DNA of 64,000 nucleotides from Mizuhopecten yessoensis. Lineage: Eukaryota. The stretch spans positions 155,355 to 219,354 of the forward strand of contig NW_018406583.1 in NCBI RefSeq assembly GCF_002113885.1, in the 5' to 3' direction. Positions 13,067-24,812 of this stretch are shown in pieces; positions within the stretch are counted from its first letter, which is position 1, and each line of letters opens with the position of its first letter. The notes under the pieces are model-generated. The model was not told where the DNA came from and ran no database searches. It saw only the letters and a list, made by a program, of their open reading frames with translations. Both the position numbers and the translations under genes were made by a program.

Positions 13067-13861
13067 CCCATACCCACCCAGTTTTTGTTGGGTGTGTCTA
13101 TGATGTAACAGACAGACCATAATCACCATGTGTAAGACTCTGACGTACGTTATGCACCCACTGTAATATAAGTGAGATAACAACATAGTGTTCCCATCAA
13201 ATAGCTTATTGCCTTATTGTCTTTCCTGTCTGGTCATCATCAACGGACTCAAAAATAACTCGCACAGCATCCAGTTTATAGCTGATTCCAAGTACGCCAG
13301 GTCGTGCAAAATCCAACCTAGTCCTGCATCCTTGTCTTGTAATTCGTATTTCTCACAGATAATGGCCATATATATAATGCAGCAGGTGACAGTCACGACT
13401 CCCCCAAGGTTACTTTTGACTTGCCGTATAATTTGTACACTCCACAGAGTTATTGCTGGACATTTTTAGATATTGGTTTTAAGATAAAACTCCTTATATA
13501 GGGAAGTTTTTGGTTTGCAGATAATGTCTCGAGTTTGGTAGATCAATATACGCTAGGCTTGCAGCACTTTCCCTGGCCTCACAGTTCATAGATTGTTTGA
13601 TGGGAGAATAATTTAACATGACAAAACTTTCCTTAAAAACATTTTTTTTGGGAGTAAGATGAATCTAACTTTTCAACATGAGGAAACATTTCTAGTCATG
13701 TAATTCAGTGCAAACGGTGAATGTTTCTAGTCAAGTAATTCTACAGTATCCTTAAGCATTCTTAATCAAGAAATTCAGTCTTGACGTGGCAGAAACTAAA
13801 TGCACATAATCAAAGTCTTCAAGGCGGAGAATCCTCGGATGGGACAAACAGGTATCTTAGT

Positions 13862-13950
13862 TTAACCCATTCCCCCCTAAAGTCACCTTTGAACTTCCAA
13901 ATCATAGACTGGGCAAGTCCAATTTAAATATTTAGGGGTGAATGAGTTGA
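13862..13950 (-). mobile_element. ~91-bp hairpin MITE, subfamily C, reverse orientation
   Basis: ttaacccattcccccctaaagtcacc...gactgggcaagtcc...taggggtgaatgagttga. Confidence 0.8.
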
Positions 13951-14244
13951 GTGTCACTGGGTCTGATAAGGGCAAACCTCCATTATTGCTCCCTGTCCTG
14001 TCATCCGCCTTAATGTACATAGCTATGAATGAATTGCCTCCTCTGATTTCTGAAATGGTTGAACAGGGATTATACCATTCTTACATGTATTATTGGCATT
14101 ATGTCAGACAAGGAACTAAATCTTGGGCAACAATTAATGAAATACACTGCTAATCATCTAAAACGTGCTGAGATCATTTACTGCCAGCTCCCAGGGGACA
14201 TTGGACAGACAGTTCCTACTACACTTGTCATTCCAAGATGAACA

Positions 14245-15065
14245 TTTAGACCACTATCTATAGTCAGAGTGACCAGTGAAGCTTTAATTTAGACCACTAT
14301 CTATAGTCAGAGTGACCGGTGAAGCTTTAAATAGACCACTATCTATAGTCAGAGTGACCAGTGAAGCTTTAGACCACTATCTGTAGTCAGAGTGACCAGT
14401 GAAGCTTTAATTTAGACCACTATCTATAGTCAGAGTGACCAGTGAAGCTTTAGACCACTATCTGTAGTCAGAGTGACCAGTGAAGCTTTAATTTAGACCA
14501 CTATCTATAGTCAGAGTGACCAGTGAAGCTTTAGACCACTATCTGTAGTCAGAGTGACCAGTGAAGCTTTAGTCCACTATCTATAGTCAGAGTGACCAGT
14601 GAAGCTTTAGTCCACTATCTTAAGTCAGAGTGACCGGTGAAGCTTTAGACCACTATCTATAGTCAGAGTGACCAGTGAAGCTTTAGTCCACTATCTTAAG
14701 TCAGAGTGACCGCTGAAGCTTTAGACCACTATCTATAGTCAGAGTGATCAGTGAAGCTTAAATTTAGTCCACTATCTATAGTCAGAGTGACCAGTGAAGC
14801 TTTAGACCACTATCTATAGTCAGTGACCAGTGAAGCTTAAATTTAGTCCACTATCTTTAGTCAGAGTGACCAGTGAAGCTTTAGACCACTATGTATAGTC
14901 AGAGTGACCAGTGAAGCTTTAGTCCACTATCTTTAGTCTGAGTGACCAGTGAAGCTTTAATTTAGACCACTATCTATAGTCAGAGTGACCGGTGAAGCTT
15001 TAGACCACTATGTATAGTCAGAGTGACCTGTGAAGCTTTAGACCACTATCTATAGTCAGAGTGAC
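14245..15065. repeat. 38-bp satellite array 2 (same family as 9614-11392; many monomers have a +5 AATTT-type insert)
   Basis: Same monomer sequence. Confidence 0.97.
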
Positions 15066-16258
15066 CGTTACTACAGTGATCGCTTAACTTAAGTGATCGT
15101 TACTAAGATGACTGTTACCTAGGTGACCGTAACTAAGTTGACTGTAACCTAGGTGACCGTTACTAAGATGACTGTAACCTAGGTGACCGTTCCTAAGATG
15201 ACTGTAACCTAGGTGGCCCTTACTAAGATGACTGTAACCTAGGTGACCGTTACTAAGATGACTGTAACTTAGGTGACCGTTACTAAGATGACTAACCTAG
15301 GTGACCGTTACTAAGATGACTGTTGCCTAGGTGACCGCTAGTTAAAGATGACTGTAACCTAGGTGACCGTTACTAAGATGACTGTAACCTAGGTGACCAT
15401 TACTAAGATGACTGTAACCTAGGTGGCCGTTACTAAGATGACTGTAACCTAGATGACCATTACTAAGATGACTGTAACCTAGGTGACCATTACTAAGATG
15501 ACTGTAACCTAGGTGACCGTTACTAAGATGACTGTAACCTAGGTGACCGTTACTAAGATGACTGTAACCTAGGTGGCCGTTACTAAGATGAATGTAACCT
15601 AGGTGACAGTTACTAAGATGACTGTAACCTAGGTGGCCGTTACTAAGTTGACTGTAACCACGGTGACCATTACTAAGATGACTGTAACCTAGGTGACCGT
15701 TACTAAGATGACTGTAACCACGGTGACCGTTACTAAGATGACTGTAACCTAGGTGACTGTTACTAAGATGACTGTTACCTAGGTGGCCGTTACTAAGATG
15801 ACTGTAACCTAGGTGGCCGTTACTAAGTTGACTGTAACCTAGGTGACCGTTACTAAGATGACTGTAACCTAGGCGACCGATACTAAGATGACTGTAACCT
15901 AGGTGACTGTTCCTAAGATGACTGTTACCTAGGTGGCCGTTACTAAGATGACTTTTACCTAGGTGACTGTTACTAAGATGACTGTTACCTAGGTGGCAGT
16001 TACTAAGCTGACCATAACTAAAGTGATATGGATGACTGTAACCTAGGTGACCGTTACTAAGATGACCGTAACCTAGGTGACCGTTACTAAGATGACTGTT
16101 ACCTAGGTGGCCGTTACTAAGCTGACCATAACTAAAGTGATATGGATGACTGTAACCTAGGTGACCGTTACTAAGATGACTGTAACCTAGGTGACTGTTA
16201 CTAAGATGACTGTTACCTAGGTGGCCGTTACTAAGCTGACCATAACTAAAGTGATATG
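15066..16258. repeat. 30-bp satellite built from two 15-bp subunits (AGGTGACCGTTACTA/AGATGACTGTAACCT), ending in a 114-bp higher-order repeat
   Basis: Period 30; the variant gctgaccataactaaagtgatatg occurs at 16007, 16121 and 16235. It explains the GYSHLSNGHL ORF. Confidence 0.96.
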
Positions 16259-17310
16259 AGGGAGTCACTGTATTTTTTCTTTGGTTGATCTTGTTTAACT
16301 GTCATAGACAAAATGTTGCTTTAGAATGGTCCTTGTTGGTACCGGATATTGTTTCTGGTTTTGTAGACGTCTCCGACCAGCTTTGTCACTATCAGAAATA
16401 ACAGAATTTGGCATTGTTAAAAGTAAAATGTCTGGGTCTGTATCTAGGTACAGATCTTGGACAAGGCAAATTGTAAGGTGTGCTTACACTGTCAGACCTG
16501 ATGTGCTTGTGTTATAATCTTGTTGAGCATACCCAAAAGATATAAATAAAGACTGGTTCCGGTAGATATTGAATTCTCCAGTATACTGCTGATATCATAT
16601 CTATGTCATCAAATGTTTTTCTGCAAACCAGATTTGTCAGAGCTCGCCACTGCTCTATGTTATCTAGTTAAGATCCGAGGCAGATTCCCGTACCACTGAC
16701 TTGGTTCTGAATCAGGTGTTTTCATTTTAACCCATCCTCTATTTTCTATTTTGTTCATTTCATGTCTATGTCAGTTCTGATGAGGTTTTCTTACATAATG
16801 CCTGGCGTGCTATTTTCCGGACCTGTCAAACATGTTGTTATTGTCACACTATTGTCAGTTAAGTCCTAATTTACCCTCGGCTGGACACATCTTGTGCTGT
16901 CCTCAAATTATTACAGGCAGCACCATTGGGCTCATCTGGCATCAGGTCCAAATTACAGCCTTATCTTTAAGCTCAATGTACATAATTTTTGTGTTAGGCA
17001 ACTCTCCCCAGAGAAGGCACAGTATTGAATGTGATGTTAAAATCAGTGTTTTATTCCTGTTCAGTATCAGACCCTACATGTGTATTAACCTATTGAGTTT
17101 TGGGGAAGGCCAAAAGGCAGATCATAGCTAACATTGCACGGACTAGACATTTCTGAACTGTAGTTTTATCTTGTCTCTGTAATTTTTCATTTTGGAATAT
17201 TTTATCTGATAGGTCTTACAACAATGGGACAATAACAGTCAGAGCCTATAAAAGCCCTCCCCTTATGCTAAAGATTACATACATTTTTTCTTTTTGTTTA
17301 GAAAAAGCTA

Positions 17311-17716
17311 TACAGCCAAACCTGTATTGAGGCACTACCAACATTATATATAAACTTTATTTATTTTACAACAATTATGAAACAAGTTTTTACAACTTAT
17401 ACTAATCACTCTTGTTGACCCAAAAGTTAGCGCGCGGGGGTCTTACTGTGTGGGAGGAAACTGGAGTACCCAGAGAAAACCCACGTGGTCGGGCAGGTGA
17501 CCCTATATCTTTTCACGTTCGATCGGGGAATCGAATCCCGGCCGCCTCGGTGAAAGGCAAGTGCGCTATCCACTGCACCACCCGACCACCGAGACACTAC
17601 CCTTTGGAAGACCAAAACTTGGTCCCTTAACACAGGTTGGGTGGTCTGTCAATACAGGTTCTGTTAACAACCACAATGGGGAATATTAAAGTGGTCGCTT
17701 AATACAGGTGCTTTCT
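17311..17716. mobile_element. Tc1/mariner-like MITE (TACAG(C/T)CAAACCTGT...), interrupted by a SINE
   Basis: Starts TA-CAGCCAAACCTGTATT; internal aatacaggt/gtggtcgcttaatacaggt motifs resume after 17601. Confidence 0.6.
17340..17594 (-). mobile_element. Full-length tRNA-derived SINE with a V-domain-like core and a 7-bp TSD
   Basis: Minus strand: A box TGGTGCAGTGG, B box GGGATTCGATTCCC, core GGGTTTTCTCTGGGTACTCCAGTTTCCTCCCAC, AT-rich tail. TSD CACTACC at 17333-17339 and 17595-17601. Confidence 0.88.
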
Positions 17717-18210
17717 TTAAGGATCCCCAAACCACTGCCTCAAATTTTAACTACACATCGGTAAGATTTCTCAAAAGATAACCATACCTTGCAAGTGGTC
17801 AGATGGGCAGGATTGATTATTTATCACATAATGTACTGTGTTATCCAGTGAATATACCTATGTTTTTTGGCGTATTAACCCATGTAATATAAATTTTTCA
17901 TTTAAGCTCGCCAGAGGCACGCTAAATTGAAAAATGTTAGATCTTATGTATATATAACCATAGTCGTAAAAAATTGAATGTCCATGTGATCGTATAAATA
18001 GAATCAAAAAGACTATATCTTTCTAGTACCTTCGCCCACCCTGGGGCTCTTCAAGAAATTTATGAGCCCCAAGAAAGTACTAATGAAATAAAGCCTTGAG
18101 TGTTTTGTTTTAATTCTATTTAACCATAAATAAATATTTTTATGATATTTTGGTTAATTTGTGGACAAAATGACTACCAGTTGTTGCATTTGTAACACAA
18201 AAAGGAGAAT

Positions 18211-19434
18211 GCCACACATGATATTAGTCAATCAGCCACACATGATATCAGTCAATCAGCCACACATGATATCAGTCAATAAGCCACACATGATATCAGT
18301 CAATCAGCCACACATGATATCAGTCCATGATATCAGTCAATCAGCCACACATGATATCAGTCCATCAGTCACACATGATATCAGACAATCAGCCACACAT
18401 GATATCAGTCCATGATATCAGTCAATCAACCACACATGATATCAGTCAATCAGTCACACATGATATCAGTCAATCAGCCACACATGATATCAGTCAATCA
18501 GCCACACATGATATCAGTCAATCAGCCACACATGATATCAGTCAATCAGCCACACATGATATCAGTCAATCAGCCACACATGATATCAGTCAATCAGCCA
18601 CACATGATATCAGTCAATCAGCCACACATGATATCAGTCAATCAGCCACACATGATATCAGTCAATCAGCCACACATGATATCAGTCAATCAGCCACACA
18701 TGATATCAGTCAATCAGCCACACATGATATCAGTCAATCAGCCACACATGATATCAGTCAATCAGCCACACATGATATCAGTCAATCAGCCACACATGAT
18801 ATCAGTCAATCAGCCACACATGATATCAGTCAATCAGCCACACATGATATCAGTCAATCAGCCACACATGATATCAGTCAATCAGCCACACATGATATCA
18901 GTCAATCAGCCACACATGATATCAGTCAATCAGCCACACATGATATCAGTCAATCAGCCACACATGATATCAGTCAATCAGCCACACATGATATCAGTCA
19001 ATCAGCCACACATGATATCAGTCAATCAGCCACACATGATATCAGTCAATCAGCCACACATGATATCAGTCAATCAGCCACACATGATATCAGTCAATCA
19101 GCCACACATGATATCAGTCAATCAGCCACACATGATATCAGTCAATCAGCCACACATGATATCAGTCAATTAGCCACACATGATATCAGTCAGTCAGCCA
19201 CACATGATATCAGTCAATCAGTCACACATGATATCATGCAGTCAATCAGCCACAAATGATATCAGTCAATCAGCCACCCATGGTATCAGTCAATCAGGCA
19301 TACATGATATCAGTCAATCAGCCACACATGATATCAGTCAATCAGCCAGCCACACATGATATCAGTCAATCAGCCAGCCATACATGATATCAGTCAATCA
19401 GCCACACATGATATCAGTCAATCAGCCACACATG
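18211..19434. repeat. 24-bp minisatellite, ~50 copies (GATATCAGTCAATCAGCCACACAT)
   Basis: Homogeneous core from about 18460 to 19170 with variant edges. It explains the HMISVNQP and HDISQSAT ORFs. Confidence 0.98.
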
Positions 19435-19760
19435 AACGGGTTACCAGTAGTCAGATTCTTCTATTTTACCAGGATCTGATACACTTAAAGTTCGCTTGAG
19501 AAGAACTTGAGAACAGATTTTCCCATTTGTGAATGTATTTTTTAAAACGAGAACGTCTGCTTGTGCCAGGTGATGTCCTGATAGGGAATAGTATCCACAC
19601 ATATAAGGTGATCCGCATAGGGAAATTGTTCGTCATAAACAAATCATTATGAAATTATGAAAATATATTGTGATGATAACCACGCGATTTTACACATAAA
19701 TGTGGATATGAACAAGTCGGTCATGAAACTATTGTTTAAAAAAAATATTTCTGAATAGTT

Positions 19761-19851
19761 TTAACTCACTCACCTCTGAAGACACATTTGAACTCTTCCA
19801 AATCAAAGGTTGGAACAGTTCATTATGAAATTTCAGGGGTGAATGAGTTAA
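19761..19851 (-). mobile_element. 91-bp hairpin MITE, subfamily A, reverse orientation
   Basis: TTAA...TTAA, 91 bp, TIR ctca(c)tcacc.ctgaa / ttcaggggtgaatgag. Confidence 0.9.
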
Positions 19852-19968
19852 GGTGCATGGAATTCCTCCATGGAAATCTTCTGTTTGTTTAAGTTTGTCA
19901 CAGACTGATGATATTGATGATTATAATTAAGCCTAGTAGTAAATTAGAAGATATATTATTTAGTTGAC

Positions 19969-20064
19969 TTTTTTATGAATGGAGAAATACAAGGTATAGG
20001 TTTTATGAATGGAGAAATACAATGTATAAGTTTTATGAATGGAGAAATATACAAGGTATAGGTA
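19969..20064. repeat. 30-bp tandem repeat x3
   Basis: ttttatgaatggagaaatacaaggtatagg repeated. Confidence 0.85.
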
Positions 20065-20790
20065 TATAGATCATAAACAGTTTATCACACAATCTCTTCA
20101 GGGTTCATCGTTTAAACAATTTTCTCATCATGAGCACGTGGATGAAATCTCGTGTCCACCTGTAGTGGCCCTTGATTTTATCCAAGTGCTCTCGATGAGA
20201 AAATTGTTATCACGACAAACCCTGAAAGCACAGTGTGATAATCTATGATTACGTATAGCTTGACAAAATTGCTTTTTGTGACATGATACGGAAACAGACA
20301 GAAGGAGATTTGCTTTTCCGAGACCTTGACAATTATGTCAAAGACAAAGTGGTCAAGGGTTGGACGTTTCGGACGGCTCCTCTCCAGAACGGTATAGCCA
20401 CAGACGTTTTATGGTTTAAATTCCCTGAATGTCAGACATAAAACATGGTCCATTGCCTGTTCGTGTGTGTAAATGGCGATTACAAAGTTTTTACAGATTG
20501 ATCGAGCCGACTCCATTGTCCAGATTTGTTGCCCAATGTGGCAGTATTGTGTGGTTGTGTCTGCTTAATCTGTGGTGATGGTCATGTATAATAAAACCTC
20601 AATATATTGCCCTTCATTTGTATACAGTAAAACACCAATATAATGCCCCTCGTTTATGAACCATAAAAAAACCCCTATATAACGCCACTAATTGATATAG
20701 TAAAACCTCAATATAATGCTCCACATTTCATTTGCCACCTGGCTTACTGTCGATAGATTTCAAGGTTACCCCTTTTCCTGGAAATTCCTT

Positions 20791-20881
20791 TTAACCCTTT
20801 CACCACTGTAGACCATAATGGACCCATCCATATCAATGCATGGTAGAGTCTACTAAAGTTACATAGGGGTGAAAGGGTTAA
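20791..20881 (-). mobile_element. 91-bp hairpin MITE, subfamily B (TTAA-CCCTTTCACC...GGTGAAAGGG-TTAA, piggyBac-like ends)
   Basis: Perfect 14-bp terminal inverted repeat including TTAA. Confidence 0.9.
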
Positions 20882-21551
20882 GAATCCCCTTGTTGCATCA
20901 TCAAACCTCTTTGTAATAAAATAAAATGGACAAATGTTGCAGTATAACAAGATTTGGCTATAAATGGTCTGTGTGAAATATATACATGACAGCTGGGAGT
21001 GAACTTCGTGTCCGCACTCTGTGGAGCTATACATGTTGAGGCAGACGTTGTTGACCACGTGACAGCTGTTCAAGAATGTCAGTAAAAAGAAGTTGAACCA
21101 TTATGTGTAAAGATGTTGCAATAAACGTGGTTTAAGGGTTCTTTAGGTTTAGGTATCTTAGCAACCATCTGGCTTACATAGCAACCACCAGGTGCTTTGT
21201 CACTACATAAGTTGATTACTGATTTGTTTCTGTTCTTTACAAAATAAATGCTTAACAAAGCAGTTCTATACAAGTTAAAAGGAACAGGAAACAGGTCTAA
21301 CTTGTACTTTCTTTAACTGCCCAATGTAATGACCTTTGGTTACTTTTAAACATTTATTATGAAATTGACTGCACTTTTAGTTAGTAAGGAATACATTTCT
21401 ATTTTACATTGACAGTGTTGAGAAAATCTGCCTTGGAATGTTGCTATAATGCCAATATTTATTATCCAGAAAATTGTGATGTTATAATAATGTTTAGCAA
21501 TACGCCAAGGGAAACGCAAACATTCAAAAATAGCTAAGGGCTAAAGGGTCA

Positions 21552-21642
21552 TTAACTCGTTCACTCCTGAGATTTCATAATGAACTATTCCAACCTTTGA
21601 ATTAGAAGAGTTCAAATGTGTCCTCAGGGGTGAATGAGTTAA
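21552..21642 (+). mobile_element. 91-bp hairpin MITE, subfamily A
   Basis: TTAA flanks, 91 bp. Confidence 0.9.
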
Positions 21643-21768
21643 AATATATTGCATAGGCAGATGGTAAAAATGAACAATAGGCATAATGTTGACGCTTTCT
21701 TGTGTATAAAGGAGGGGCATTCTATCAAAGTTTTAATGTAAATGTGAGCATTTATCAAGGTTTTACTG

Positions 21769-21859
21769 TTAACTCATTCACCCCTGAAATTTCATAATGA
21801 ACTATTCCAACCTTTGATTTGGAAGAGTTCAAATGTGTGTTCAGGGGTGAATGTGTTAA
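21769..21859 (+). mobile_element. 91-bp hairpin MITE, subfamily A
   Basis: TTAA flanks, 91 bp. Confidence 0.9.
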
Positions 21860-22148
21860 TAAACGACTGACAAACAGCGATTTTTGTCCTTCCTTTGGTA
21901 TTCCAGCGTCCACCCAGCAGCTCTAAAGAGATGTCACAATAATTACATATGTATATCCTTGATACTAGAACATGCAGCGAAGCTCTGTTTACTAAACATA
22001 CAACAAAGACAAGGGTTTTGGCATATAATACCGCCACTAGGCATCGCTGATGCCTTCGCCACTATTGAAACAAGCGGCATTATAGCAAAGTTTTGCTGTA
22101 TAGAAACAATGTAAAGTTCAGTTTGACTACATTTTGAGTTCACTTTTA

Positions 22149-22266
22149 CTGTATTTGGAGTTTAAGTGTATTTGGAGTTTAAGTGTATTTGGAGTTTTAA
22201 GTGTATTTGGAGTTTAAGTGTATTTGGAGTTTAAGTGTATTTGGAGTTTTAAGTGTATTTGGAGTT
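22149..22266. repeat. 17-18-bp repeat (GTGTATTTGGAGTTTAA) x~7
   Basis: Read directly. Confidence 0.92.
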
Positions 22267-24722
22267 GGTGTTCACTGTATTAAGACTTCATTTTCAAAAG
22301 ATTTAGCATTTACTTTGAAAACAGAGGGAATTCACTTTGACAACATTAAGAGATAATCTTGACAGCATCTGAAGATTACTTTGTCCACATTTTGTCTCTA
22401 ATTCGTTTTTGTAAGACTCGTCTCCATAAGAAGACTTGACCAATTCCATTTCTGTAAAACCCAGTTGAGCAGTCACTTATCAGCAGACGGTGGCCACTGG
22501 TCAAGAGGAAGTTACTGTTGGACATATTAGGTTCATAAGTTCAAGTGAGACTTAATATGGACACTGATCTGGAGATGGAGAGCTGTGCACATTAGCTTTG
22601 GATTGTTGTATCTGACAGGGTGATCAAGGCAAACCCATATGATACATATAATACTGAGCTCACTGGCAATGCTGCCCGGGGGCAAGGAACGGGCTTATGT
22701 GTCTCGGACAAACACGGTAACGCGGCCTTCAGGCTGTTAGTGATGGCGTTGCAGGTTTGGAAAGTGCTGCTAACGAATTAATACCTGCTGTACATTCATA
22801 TAACAATAAACTTCGTAATTTAGGCAACCAAATTCCATGAATTGCGGTTCTTTAAAAAGCCTTTAACTGGGGAAAATCAAGCTGCTTTCACAAAATAATA
22901 GATATAACAATGACTCTTCTACCAAAGGTTGGGTCACTCTAAGGGCTCTGCACTATGTCTATAGTAAAAACACAGCTGCTCATGATATGTCTACTACATG
23001 GTGCAGTTTGGAATGATTTACCATATTCAAACTAATAAATGCCCCTGACACTAACATTTAAAAAATAAATGAAATGCCTTCAGAACCTTTCAAGCTTTTC
23101 AAATAAATCTTTAATAAAAATATTAAATTGGTAAATTACGGTAAAAGAAGGTGACGGAACAAAACCAGGGCCTGGGGGCGAGGGTCTAACAAAAGGGCAT
23201 GTAGGTTAAAGAGGATATAACAGCCAGGATTAAAAGGGTCATCAGAAGTTTAAGCAAATAATATTTTTTCTAAGATCTAGGTTAAAATCTGTTGGGTCTA
23301 TTTGTTCAAGATTGAAGTTTGAATTCTAAAAACGATCTCTTTCCTTCAAAAGACATTTTGCATGACATTTGTCGCTATACACAACAAATCTAGTTTGTGG
23401 AGCCAGAATGGCACTTGGATGGTTTGTATTGGGGTCAGGCCCTGAGGAAACTCGACACATCCCTGTAACAGTCAGGCTTCTTTCCGCAATGTTCCCCATG
23501 CTGCACTGGTAGGATTTCACAGAATCTAGAAGCTATTCATGTATGTTGGTATTGTTATTGGAGATTGGAAGTTGCACAGAGTAGAATACAGGATACTTAA
23601 GAGTACAGTGGACCTATCGCTGCTTAATATAAACCAATCAGAACAAAAACAGAACAAAAAATAAATATTTAAGGTAAGGAATCAAAAAATATTTCTAAGA
23701 AAAATGGACAAAGTACAAAAAATTGCTTTAATAAGGGAGGACCACTTGGTAAGAGGAGCTACTGTGATGATGACGTTTTTTAATTGTAAGGGGGTCATCG
23801 TCTATCTAATTAGGCGACACCGATATAAAGACGGACAGCTATGTAGCAGGAGATTGAGATGTGATGACGATTGGTTGGATTTTGTTGTTTGTTTCGTAGC
23901 TTGGTACCCAAGGCGGTGAGGATTAGGGACAGAAGAGAGTGGAACTGTACGAGTGGCACAGGTCTTATCACTTCTCCCTAATTGCTTTAAGATTGGGATA
24001 AAGAAAATTGCCAGACGCTGTCACAAAAAGCAGAGAAACCCAACCAAAGCCCGCTGACAAGAGATATTCAATTTATTAAATTTGGTGTATAGATATCCTG
24101 TGTTACCAACGGCCTCTGGCCATCGCCACCTGTGACGTAGACCTAGATCGGTGGCATCATGTAGCACTAAATCTCTGGGTATTGGTTATGAGGCCATCGT
24201 CTATTTGTACTAGACTCTAATAGATATAGCCTGCTGCATTCTTCAATGGTACATCTATTTCTAGATGGGATTCATCGCCACAGCAGTGCCCTGTATAAGC
24301 AGAAGTATTCTAATACATTGCACTGTAAAGGAACATGTTGCAGTTGTAATCTTAATTACGCACATTTTTTTGTCTTAACGTATTGCACTAAATAATAATT
24401 AAGCTTGAGTGAAGTTTCTCTATATTGTTTCATATCGGTTTTTTTGTGAGTGCACAAATTCATTAAAGCTACCTTTTTGGTGCTCTAATAATAAGGATTG
24501 TTTTCAGTAGTTCTTAAATCATTGATTAACACATCACAAGTAAAATTTGCATTGGGTGTTTGTTCTTTTATGATTAATTCTGTTTGCAACCAGAAGTATA
24601 AAGAGGGGTAAATTTTGGGAATTAATTTTGTTACTTAATAACATTAAACAAATTCAGTTTAAATTCCGCAGTAAAAAATTTGTATTTCTAAGTAACCAGA
24701 AACTGGCCATATATTTGTCGCC

Positions 24723-24812
24723 TTAATCATTCACCCCTACAATTTTAAACTGGACTTGCCCAGTCATTGATTTGGTGAGGTTCAAATGTGACTTTGGGGG
24801 TGAATGGCTTAA
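24723..24812 (+). mobile_element. ~91-bp hairpin MITE, subfamily C
   Basis: ttaatcattcacccctac...ggacttgcccagtc...gggggtgaatggcttaa. Confidence 0.85.

Noticed and set aside
15342-16268. 308-aa His/Gly-rich ORF (GYSHLSNGHL)n resembling a structural or metal-binding protein
   Set aside because: It is the 30-bp satellite. It has a non-ATG start, the frame breaks in adjacent monomers, and the same satellite is degenerate at 11393.
18161-19259. Overlapping 253- and 310-aa repeat ORFs
   Set aside because: A 24-bp monomer with no stop in two frames; no sign of codon-level selection.
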